Of a stretch of 64,000 nt of DNA, positions 27,201 through 38,600 are shown piece after piece; within the stretch, counting starts at the first letter, position 1, and each line of letters opens with the position of its first letter. The stretch comes from Macrostomum lignano (lineage: Eukaryota), in assembly GCA_002269645.1 (NCBI GenBank), contig NIVC01000365.1:372001-436000 (forward strand). Reading direction: 5' to 3'. The notes beneath the pieces are model-generated. The model was given only the letters and a program-made list of their open reading frames with translations. It did not search any database and was not told the DNA's origin. The position numbers and the translations under genes are program-made.

Positions 27201-28300
27201 ATAGGCCAGTGTTGTGACAATAAATGACTTTTTTATGTTGTGACCAAAAAGACATTTTTTCAATTGTGCAATAGACCCTTATTACCAGATAATTTGGTTG
27301 CTTTTTATGCTTTTTTGGTGATACTATTTATAGCAAAAAAGTTTATACACATGAAGATTTGTTTAAATGCTCTTTTATGAGCTTGAAAAAAAGTGGAAAG
27401 CTTAAAATTTGCATTAAAAATGAACTTTTTTCATCTTTTTTTATTTCTCAATAACTCTTATATGTGATTCTATAAAGTGCATACTAGGTATACACGCATA
27501 TTATTTTCTTAGGAATGATGCATGCCAACTGTGCATGCCTAATTTTGGCATACAAGGCCAATGCATACCCGAATTTTCAGGCATAGGCCATATACTACAT
27601 GATCTAGAGTGTGGCATACACATTTTGTATATCTGCTTTGCTTGCACTAGTATATAACAAAATATTAAGCAAGATATAAAAATGTCTTAAAAATCTAAAA
27701 TATTCTTCATTAAATAAATAGATACTTGTATTAGCAATTTGTATTAGCCTATTTGCTATTTGTCTAGTTATTGGACAAATAACAATTACCATAAATATAT
27801 GCTAAGCACTTAGCCAATAACAGGTGTCTTTTTGCTCATTTGCTTTCACTAAATTTGTTTAACCAAACATCTTTAAAGAACCATTGCCTTTATGCCTTGT
27901 TTATTTAATGCCATCCATTATAGAGTCTTTATTAATTTATATAAAACTTATACATCTAAATATACTAAATCTAAGGTTTGTATGCTTGCTTGCTTGAATG
28001 TCCATAACGCTCTAGAGCGAGCAATTAATATAATAGGTTCTAAAAATCTATGTCATGAACATTGATTAATTAGATATTTAGTAATTTCTTAGGCCTATAC
28101 TTTAAATTTAAATTAGGCTAGAGCAAGACCATTCTAAATAAATTAAATTAGTAATTAGTGTTATTAGCCTTAGCCTATATATGCTATTACATAATATTAT
28201 CTAACAATTGAGGTATAGAAATAGGCCTATACTATACATTACTGCAATTACATTACAATATAAAATTATAAGTCTGAATATATATATAAGACATTTTTAA
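24284..28300. other. AT-rich, almost CpG-free block (probable anciently methylated, decayed repeats)
   Basis: Manual scan finds no CpG in 24284-26174 and only about 8 in the whole 4 kb. No credible ORF. Confidence 0.75.
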
Positions 28301-29552
28301 CGCGATTGCGTGTAATTTGAGACCTGAAAGGTCTATGACTGCAAGATGCAGATACAAGCACAAGCTCATTTATTCAGTAAACGACAATAATAGACTACGA
28401 AGACTACGAAGACACTAATATAACAGACACGTTGAGATTAGCGTTTGATTTTTTTAGTTTTGAAACGTTCAAGTGTATTTCTTTCAAAAAAACAACTAGA
28501 CATGGTTTCTTAGAAATTGTGCTACTTTTTACTTTTCTCATTTGCATCCCATATTTTTATAATATTGAGTGTGATTTTTTAGGACACCAAAGTAAATTTC
28601 CAGCAAATCCTATTGCAGAGTTGACACCCCTATGAATTTGTTCACAATTGTGTTAACAATAGCCGTTCGCGTTCAACATTTCATTATCGAATCCAGAAGT
28701 AGAAGGAAGTTAGACTCGATTTACTGCAAAAATGAGCTGAAGACTAGTAAAGAACGTATTTTGGTATTGCGAGGGCATTTCGTATATGCGCTCCAAAAAT
28801 TAAATTTCTGAAGAACGGCCCATTCAGCGCTGTTCGAAAGATCAACAACCGGACAAGGGAGCTGCATGACTTTATATGCAATATGAAACGACACTGGCGT
28901 TACACGCGGGAGTTTTAATGAGAGTCCTAAACTCTCAGGGTGCCTTTTGGTGTCTTGTTTGGCGCCCCCGTCTCTTGGTTAGTGCAGCTAGGCACTCAGC
29001 TCCTTGGTGCGCGTTCCTATATACATGTATCTCTTTGGCAAAGTGTCAAAATTTGAGCTTCTATCATGCGTCCAGCTTGATTAAGTCTGTTATTTAATTT
29101 TTAAAAAGCACAATTGTGTGGGGCGATTGGGGATGGGAGGGCTGTTGAGCGTATAAGGCCGGTTGCCTACAGCTGTATGTGACAGATCATGATCGGCAGA
29201 CCAATCAGAGCGAGGCTTCGGCATCAATGATATAGGCCAATTACCTTTATCAATCAAAACAATTAAGAGCTAATGCAAATAAAATTACATGTAAGAGCTA
29301 ATTTCACATGCGAAGACTCGATCTTCTCAAATAGCTTTTTGGAGAACTCTAAAGCGCACAGCTCGCATGGAGGAACGCTCGTAAATTATAGTAAAAAATG
29401 TGGTGAGCTGAACCAAATATTAAAGAATACAATTAGTATGTCGCCTTTCAATTGCAGTGCCAGATTACACCAACAAAACCTAGCTATAGACTGCTGCACC
29501 GGTTGCTCCAACAAATTACGATAAACCTATCTAATAATATTTCTTTTCAAAG

Positions 29553-32500
29553 GACCTTCTCGCTTCGGCCGTGCCTGACACTTCCGCTGCTTATGGTGTT
29601 GATGACCGAATTCGCAGCCGGCTTTAAATTCTTGGCCGCCGTGGTTGTCGAGGAGGCAGACGATGCGGGCGCTCCGTCAGTGCAGCCGGACTTCGTGGCA
29701 TCGGTGTTCAGCCACACTGTGGTGCGCAACTGGAGGCTGTTGCCAGAGGACACATTGGCTTTATTTGAAGTCCGATTCCCAGCAGATCGACCGTTGCAGG
29801 CGCTCAAGCGAGGTAGGCTGATGAGAGCTCGGCTTCCCAGCAAGCTGGACGATGAGGTTGATCCGGTTTTTGTAGCATGCTGTGCCCGATTATATGTGCT
29901 TTGCCCGAGTTCTATCAAGGTGCACTAATGTCCCTAAATTACCCCATTCGACAAACAAAAAGCTCTCAAACAGATTTTTTAATGGTAATAAAGTACCACT
30001 TGAGCCATGCACACTCGCTCGATTACATACAAAGGAATTTTGTTTCCGTTTCCAATTTCTAACCTGCACTGAAAAGTACACGGCCACGGCGACGGAATTC
30101 CGAACGCGATTATCCTGGTCGCCGGCTGCAGCTCGCTGACCGAGTTCGACCGCTTTTCAACATCTCTACAGCTTCCTCTGCTGTCGGTACCCACCGAGCT
30201 GTGCGACATCTCAGAGATTGGAAGTGAGCGAATTTATTACGCACTTATTTTAAATGCCTCTGGCCTTACACTGCCGACGAATCTCCCCCCAGACTTCACA
30301 GTGCTGGTGTCGCACGCCCCGCGTCACTACATTCTCGCCTTCGCTGCCGTTCTGCGCTACTCTGGCGCCGAGAACGCCCTGGTTATCAACGACCGCTACC
30401 AAGGTAGAAATCCACAGTCATGGCAACCTAACGTACACACAACTCCCCATTACCTCAACAATCATGGCCACCTCCCCTTAACTGCCAGCACCCAGCCACA
30501 TCAATCAACTGCAAGACGAGCTTGCCAAGGCCAACAGCTCAGCCCTGACAGTTCAGCTGGACGCAACCGAGGTCGCTGTCTCGACTCTCTCTCTACTGAA
30601 AACCCAGAAACTGCGTCACGTGATCTTGCTGGCTCGGCCGGCCAGTGCGCTGGCTCTTCTCGCTGCAGCTAACAGTAGCGGACAGCTGGGCCAGAGCTTC
30701 TTCTGGACCGTCAGCGACCCCTCTGGACGATTGGCAGCTTTGATGACACCACTGCTACAAGATTTTTCCAACGTTGCATTTCTGAGCGAGGGCTGGCGGC
30801 GACCGGTGGCAACTATTGCGTATTGTCCGCTGGCACTGACGAAGCTGCTGGGGAAGGCCGCCTGCAAAGTGGCAACGGTAGCTGACTGACTGACTGACTG
30901 ACTGACTGACTGACTGACTGACTGACTGACTGACTGACTGACTGACTGACTGACTGACTGACTGACTGACTGACTGACTGACTGACTGACTGACTGACTG
31001 ACTGACTGACTGACTGACTGACTGACTGACTGACTGACTGACTGACTGACTGACTGACAAGAAATCTTTCTCATAAATTTCCAAGGCGCAGCAGCTGAGA
31101 TTCGTCGATGCCGTCGAGTCGCTGGCCTTGGCTCTCAACGAGTCTCGGAAGGCAGCAGCCGATTCTGAACGGGCGAGTCTTGGATACAAAGTGATGGAGC
31201 GGCTGCTGTCGGTGAGCACATCGAGGCCTCAGTCCCTGTTCAGTTGGAAAGACGCGGGCTATAGATATAGTTTTGATTGCTCCAACGCCCCCCTCCCCAG
31301 ATTTCGAGCTACGTCACCGAGCGCGGCTTCGTCGCCTACAGCGCACCCGACCGCAGTTTCAACGCGTCCGGCCTTGAGCTGCTGGCCAGCCGCACCCGGA
31401 GACTCGAAGGCCGGACCGACTTGAAGCTGACAGCGCGCTTTGACTCCACTGAAGGGCAGCTGGTGCCGCTGCAGGTTGACGAGGGCCGCGGACTGCTGTT
31501 CCCCAACACTTTCCGCGGACTGAAAAACCGAACGTTGGTAATCTGTTCACCTGAGGTTTGTTCTCTCCTTGTTGAGTGTTTTGGTTCACTTCAATTGAAG
31601 ACAATTGTTGAATTTAAGAGCTAGGAGACTTAACAAGTTCTTACGTCGGATGCTTGCATTGCAGTACCCACCATTTACCAAGTACCAGCACGAGCACCCC
31701 AACTCAACAGTGCATGTCAGCGGAATGATTGTGGAGGTACTGAGCTTTCTCAGCAGTCGGATGAAATTCAGGTGGGCAAGCTTCAGCTTTCATGTTAATT
31801 TCACCTCCCGAGTCGACTGTTTCACTCGCATAAATCACCTGCAAAGTCACTTAGCAGCCGAAATGAACATTGTTAATCTGACAAGGCAAGTACCGATGAG
31901 CCATTAAGCAGCGATCGGTAATGCACCTGAGTAGGCCTAGCGTAGGGAGAAGGAAATTGACCACTACTAAAGCTATATGTTTGAGCAACACTTGGCACCT
32001 ATCAGGTACTCAGTGAAGAATTCATTTGACGGTCAGTGGGGAGCCCCGGTGGCCGGAAGCCGCTTCCTGACGGGATGCGTTGGCGAGGTTCAACGGGGGG
32101 TAAGAGTAGCCGTAAACAGTAAAATGCAGATATTTTGCAGGCATGATTTACAACCGGGTTCGCCATCGCTGCCATTTCAGATTGCGGACATCGGCGTCAA
32201 CATTTTCACCCAGGTGTGTCAAGTCCCTCATCGATCTGGGGGCTTTAGATTTATGGCCGGAAATTTTGAGTTTCCCGACAAAAAGCTAGCATGCAGATGA
32301 GCTCCGAATGCTGTTCTCATAGTACTTCTATACGATGGTAATGCATTAAGCTAATTAATCCACTCTTGAAACATGATCTTGCCTTCTACAAACGAATAAC
32401 CATAACGTCCGAAAATCAATTGGCTTCAAAAATTCAGAAACCGGATATCGGAATCTCGGAATAAAACCAGCGGAGTCAGTCAGTCCCGCATGCCTGGGTT

Positions 32501-35500
32501 GAGGCCCGCATCGAATTAAACTGACTCGACATTGATTGATTGATCAAAATTTATAGAGGCAAAGAAGAGCATATGGATTCGTTTAAATTAGAAAGATTGA
32601 TTTTTTGCATCAAAAAGCTTGAACTAGCTAATCTAGCCTGGTCTTTCATAAGCTTCGACCGATTTACATTTCATGCTGGTTCTGCATTGAATTGAGGTCC
32701 TGAACTTGGGCCAAGGAGTAGGCTCGGTAGGACGACAAGCGTGTTTGATTTCGCTTTCAACTCATTGATAGGCTTCTTTTCCTTTTTAGCACTTGTAAAT
32801 TAGCACCTTTCGCAGCTTTTGAACTACCGTAAAACAAGCTGGACTAACTACGAATTCATAGTTTGTGTGTGTTTAACATTGGGGGATTTCTCGAACTTTA
32901 ACAACGTCGAAAGAACCTTTCTTCTCAAGGTCGAAATTTCCCAAAGTGTAAATAATGTCGCAACGACGAAAACTCTAGCAAGGGACGTCATATAGTGAAC
33001 ATTTGTGTTTGCTTATGATAAGTGTCGTTTACATACCGTATTTAAAGCATACATCTCCAATGCATTACCAAATTAAAGTACAACTCGAAGCTTTTGATAC
33101 ATGAAGCATGCACATGAAACTGGCTGTTAATTAAAGTTTTCGACCTTGGGAAAATTTGAGCTTATGAAAACTCGAGCTCGTGAAATAATTGCCTTTAGAC
33201 GTCAATTTTCGAGCTGATATAAGCACAACGAGCCGAATTAATAGCAATAACTCTGTATCAAAATCTCAGACAAAATTCTCAGACAAGCCTTGACTTCTTG
33301 CTTGATCGCCAAATCCATTTCGTCATTCAAACGATCTTTCTCAAAGTTCTCGAAGATGAGAAAAGTCTTAAATTTAGTGTTACTCGTAAAACCGGAAACA
33401 TTTTAAGCGAAGCTGCATGGGCCTTTATAATCCATACACTAAAAATGGTCTGTCTTCTTTCTTTCTACCAGTGGTCCTTGACGTGCACATGTGGCTCGTA
33501 CGTGTAGAAAAGAAGTTTCTAGCTGACGCTTCTGAGAAGAGCTTCAACAGAATTGCAACCGAAGAGCCATATTCACATTCCAATGGCCCCTGCCGAACCT
33601 TCCGCAGACTTCCGCTCGAATCCAGGCCGTCCAGTTCTCCGTGCCGCTCTTTGAGGACGTCAGCAGCGCCTTGCTGCCAATGCCACCGATTGAAGAAAAG
33701 CTTTGGAATTTCGTCGGCCCCTTCAGCGCCCAGGTGTGGATCCTGCTGCTCGTTGCTCTGCTTTTCGGTTCGTCCTTGACCTGGCTGATTGCCTACTTCA
33801 ACCCGTTCAGCCTGTGGAACCTGGGCCTCAATTACGCACTTATTGATGAGGTCTCCTACAAGGAGTACATCTGGTCCTTCATCGGCAGCCTGCTGCAGCA
33901 GGGCCAGGATTTCTACCCATTCGCGATCAGCCCCAGGACGCTCATCGCGTTCTGGTGGCTGTTCGGCGTCATCATTATGGGCAGCTACACGGGTGAGAGC
34001 TGGACTCGACAATCAGGAATCCTCTTTGAGATCAGCGATCTTGTATATAACTTGACTGCTGATTGTCCAACTTGATAATAATTTTCCACATTATTATCTT
34101 CAATTGAATCTCTCCACCTTCCCTTACTCCTCAAGCTGACCTCGCTTCGACCCTGGCAGTCTCCACTAGTGTGAAGCCGATTCGGTCGCTACAGGATCTG
34201 GTGAGCCAATCGGAAGTGAAGCCAGTGGTGACGGCTGGCACGAGCCAATGGACTCTGCTTACAAGTTCCGACGTTAACATCTTTCAACGGATTGCGGCTC
34301 AGATGGTGACGGTGAAAAGAGAAGATGAATGCAGACGAATGGTGAGGTTATCAGAGATTCTGAGTTGGGTCTGCATTCATTCTTAATATATCCTGAAGAA
34401 TGACCAAGTAACCGGTTGTTTTGTGGCTTATGCATGTTCAATCACTCTTTTAACTTATTGCCAATTTTTAAAAAATGATTTCGGCAATCCTCCTATATAC
34501 GCTCATACTAGTTACTAGCTAGATTATTTGGTATTTCCTATCCCAGAAGGTGATACGTTCAATTGCATCCAGCAGACTTGATCGAACTCATATTCAGTTC
34601 AATCCCACGCGTTCGTGATTAATGGTTTCAACAGCAGAGATCACTCGCTATGGATAACCCGCTACTCTACCAGCTCGTCCTCAGGAAGTAAAATCATCAG
34701 CATAAGAGGATTTGTCCTTTTCACAAACTCAGGTACTTACCGACAGTGCGGCTTGCATCATGGACTCCATGACGTTGCAGTACACAGCCAACAGGAACTG
34801 CACCCTGGCCTACATGCTCGGAGAGACATTCGCCCCTACTACAGCGTCGTTTTTCTACGCCAAAGGTGCCGAATTTGGGAGCCTGTTTGATTCCTGGTGA
34901 GTTCAGCTCGGGCAAGTTATTCGAATATAAAGGACAATTCACATAACATCGTTCTATTGTAGCTCAATTAAACTGCATTGTAAATTTACGTGGTACCAAG
35001 AGTCGACCGGTTGATATATATAGTTTGAATCTCTCGTGGTTATCTCGGGATGCCCAGGAGACGAGATTTTAATCAACAGTAATCCAGGGATTGCAAGGCA
35101 TAAATCACGGGATGTTTATTGTCAAGATTGAGATCATTGGGATAACACTTTGTAGGTTGTGGCAACCATTTTGTAAAAATGGCATTTTAATTTACGCAAT
35201 ACAGACTTTTGCATCTTTACTACTGACAGAGTTGGACACCTACAATATATATCCGTACGGTTCAGGATCGCTTGAAATAGATTTGAATTCTAATATGTTA
35301 GAAGGACGAGGGCAAGAGTAAAATTAAGACGCATCGTTTCTAAGAATGAGATGAAAGGCTCGGCTCTGCACTTGGCAATGAAAATATACCTTATTTCTTT
35401 CACACATACTTATAGTGGCTGAATTTGGTTGTATTTGGCCGTCATAGGGGACTTCTGTCGCCCTAGTTGATGTCCAGGTCTTTTAAACTGCCCTACGACT

Positions 35501-35879
35501 ACGAGTAAAGTAGATCGAGATCGGATTTCGGGGATTGCAACTTGTCGGGATTTTGTCGGGAATCCTTATACTGAAGTATATTGATATAGCTTATCGTCAC
35601 ACTACAATCTTTAATCCGCTAACAATTCCAATCAGCATGCAGGAACTGAAGCAATCCGGAGTGCTGCAGCGCTGGGTAGACAAGTACTATAAGGCGGAGA
35701 AATCGGCAGCCTGCCAGAGAGGAGTCACCACTGAGGGCGATCCAATTCCACTCGAGGGAGTTGGTGGCATCATAATAGTTACGCTGGGGTTTTACGCGGC
35801 TGGTTTGATTCTATTGTTACTGGAGCTCGGTTGGACTCTGGTTTGCGGCCGACAGCCTCTGGACTTGTCGTGCTTTTGA
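29553..35879 (+). CDS. Divergent ionotropic glutamate receptor / IR-family subunit, about 14 exons: approx. 29553-29812, 30077-30223, 30293-30403, 30489-30877, 31092-31211, 31301-31555, 31662-31770, 32006-32100, 32201-32213 region, 33609-33992, 34136-34342, 34732-34897, 35638-35879. First exon unresolved
   Basis: S1: YPPF...SGMIVEVLSFLSSRMKF, DGQWGA, GCVGEVQRG-IADIGVNIFTQTSARIQAVQFSVP. M1: PFSAQVWILLL. Pore: WSFIGSLLQQG. M3: RTLIAFWWLFGVIIMGSYTADLASTL. S2: IRSLQDL...GTS...MDS. M4: LEGVGGIIIV. Middle exon coordinates are approximate. Confidence 0.88.
30883..31058 (+). repeat. (GACT)n microsatellite, about 44 units, filling an intron of the receptor gene
   Basis: Directly visible; starts 5 nt after the GT donor at 30878. 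Confidence 0.97.
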
Positions 35880-36399
35880 GAAGTGCATGCACTGTACGCG
35901 CACTGGGAGTATAACAATTTAACCATGTCAATTGATTAGAAATGGGGATAAAAATTTTTCATCTTAACGGTATACCAATGAATTTCACACGTTTGCAGTG
36001 TCGTTTATCGACTGGGTTGAATAAAATGTACATGTACATGTATCTCTGTCTCGGATCAATATGATTTAGAAATCTGAATCCTGGCTTTTCATTTTTCCGA
36101 CAATTAATAAAACACCAAACGGCTGATGCACACCCGCAGATTTAGTTATAAATTTAGATACGCACGTATTTTTGTGACTGCGTTGCTGAATCCTAAAGCT
36201 TTCACTGTCGTGTTACTCCTGAGTTAGTTACTGTAGCTCGTAGTCCTTGATACGAGTTTTGATAAATAACTAGCTTGCATGTAACATCCAGCTGTTATTA
36301 AGAATATTTAAAACCAACGCTGATTCTGTGGCTCGCGGTAGAGGAGAGCACAGTCGCCGGCCCCGACAAGAGACCGCATGCCGTCTGGTCCGGTCATTA

Positions 36400-36795
36400 A
36401 TCAGCTGAAAGGACGCAAGAGAGGCAGCACTCTGAACCTAGTGGGTGACACATCCGAAGACAGGCGAAGCGAGCTGCGGACCTTCTTCTCTGGTATTGTC
36501 AACGCGCCTCCTCCGCCGGAACGGGACGACATGTGTGATTGCCCACGGAGGTTGCACTGCCAGAGAGGACAGCTCCTTTAGTACCAGCCCCATCACCATC
36601 GACGAGGTGCCCCAACTTGCAAAGAAGACTCCAGTCGAGGTGCTGCGCCTCCCGCAGGTCGCGTTGGAAGTCACGCGAGTGATGAACTGCGTGCTAGCTG
36701 GGGGCCCTACCCCTGAAGTTTTCCACCGTCTTTCAGCCGCTGTTACCCGGCACATGCACCGGCTTAATTGGCTTTTCTGCTACGGTAAACTACCT
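36400..36795 (+). mobile_element. Non-LTR retrotransposon (RTE-like) ORF fragment, region preceding RT
   Basis: RRSELRTFFSGIVNAPPP / PITIDEVPQLAKKTP.EVLRLPQVALEVTRVMNCVLAGGPTP resembles the linker upstream of LINE RT; frameshifted. Confidence 0.45.
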
Positions 36796-36797
36796 GG

Positions 36798-38600
36798 ATG
36801 ACTGAGCAGTCGCTGGGAAATCTGAGTCCGAGGCTTTCGCTACTTTCAATTGCCTGCTGGACACAATTGCAGCGCCTCGGCTTTAGCATCAACTGGGACA
36901 CGGTTGTCAGGCCTACGCAATGCATCGACTTCTTGGCGTGCGCATCAAAACCACTACCGGCACCAAGTCGCTGCCCGATAAGAAGGCTCTCGTCTGAGCT
37001 GCTTACTCAGACCTGCTCTGAGACGCGGGTGCACCTGCGCTCTGCTCAGAAGTTGATTGTTCCTCATGTCAGAGTCTTCCTGCGTCTGCTCTTCGACTGG
37101 CTGACAATTGCTGTTGATGGCAAGCTTTGGGTGACCATTGAGACCCGCGCCAACCTGTCCTGGTGGCTCAGAGCCCTGGCTTGCGCCCCCCCGGTTGCTT
37201 TGTGGCCACGCTTTGATGAAGAGTTTGCCATGGAGACTGACAGCAGCCGGTCGGGCGCAGCCGCAGTCATCTGGGGTGCCGAGAGTTTCTGGAGTACCAT
37301 CGACTGGGAGCTTGACTGCGGTGGGGTGTTCAAGGATGTTCATATCAACTTCAAGGAGGCTCTGGAACCTTTGCTGATCATCCTGCACCGTCGCTCTCAG
37401 CTCAACAACTGCAAGATTGTCATCTACACCGACAGCACCGCAGCAGCTGGCATGATCAATCGGCTGAGATGTCGTGACCCGCGGTTCCTGCAGGTGTACC
37501 AGACTGTGGCTCTGCTGTGCATCAGGAACAGCATCAGTCTGGAGGCTGTTTCACCTACCTTGTTGCATGCAGATTTTTACTGATGCCGCCTCCCGCATGT
37601 TTGCTTCGCAGTCTGAGCTCATTAACTTTTGCTGCCGCTACTACCGTACGCTCGTGAGCTGCCTGCTCGAGTTCATGTCCACGCACTCTCTGCCGCTTCT
37701 CAATCTCGCCTCCTTTTGCAGGTCACCCTCGCCCTCTGGAGACGCGGCCCGCCCACCCCCCCCCCACGCTGCGTCCGCCGGACATCTGTGCCGCCTCGGC
37801 CTGGCGTAGAACTCATCCCCAGCTGACGGTGACCTTCCCTGCCGATACCTCGCGCACTCCAGTCCTTCTCCAGCCTCCGAGCCTACGTCCACGCCGTCTC
37901 GTTTCTGCACCAAGCCACCGGTGCCCCGACCCAGCGAAAGACTTCACCGTGCAGCTGGCCCTTCGCGGTGCCAAACGTCATCTGGGCCTGCGATGCAAGC
38001 CGCTGACGATCGAGCATTCATCAGCAGCTCCCGCGCTCATGCAATCTCAAGTGCAGATCTCCGGGCCGCCTTCTGGGCGGCTCTCCTGGTCGGCTGGTGG
38101 GGCATGTTGCACCTTGGCGACTTCCTATTGGCTCGCGGCAGCCGCTCTGTCTTGCGGGCCTGCCTGTCGCTTTCATCTGTCTGCTAGCTGGAAGTTGGCC
38201 CTCCCAAAGTCCAAGACCAACCAGTTCGGGTCGATGCCGCATGTGGTCCTCCTGCCACCTGTCCAAGAATCACGACTCTGCCCCGTGCGCGCCCTGCACC
38301 TGTCACCAGCCAGCGACTCAAGGACGTCGCTCTTTGGCTACGGCCACGGAGGCGAACTCTCAGCCAGTCGATCAGTTCATCAGCTGCCTTCGTGCGGGCC
38401 TTCCAGCCGCGGGTTTCTCCGGCCACAGCATCCGGGGAGGGGTGCCAGCCTCTGCCATCAAATCGGCTTGTCAGAAACGGACATTGGGCCCTTGGAGGCC
38501 CTTGGAGATCGGACGCTGTTCCTCCCCTAATTTTCTGCCAGCTCTACCCAGCCGCCAGCGCTCCACTTCTTTCATGACTTCGCAGGTGCAAGCTGCATCC
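36798..38600 (+). mobile_element. Decayed DIRS/Ngaro-type tyrosine-recombinase retrotransposon (RT C-terminus, RNase H, YR)
   Basis: RT thumb LQRLGFSINWD..V.PTQCIDFL. DIRS-type RNase H METDSS..GAAAV..HINFKEA..IVIYTDSTAA.GMINR. YR remnants LALRGAKR, WAALLVGWWGMLHLGDFL, LPKSKTNQFG, LCPVRAL, FSGHSIRGG, GPWRSDA; multiple frameshifts. Confidence 0.8.

Noticed and set aside
24284-28300. Classical fungal RIP as the cause of the CpG desert
   Set aside because: A spot check showed high TpA but no clear CpA/TpG depletion. CpG-methylation decay is more parsimonious until the indices are computed.
30572-30607. Possible 36-nt intron (GAG|GTC...CCCAG|) in the receptor gene
   Set aside because: It is in frame, stop-free and reads as plausible N-terminal domain sequence (VAVSTLSLLKTQ), so it was treated as exon.
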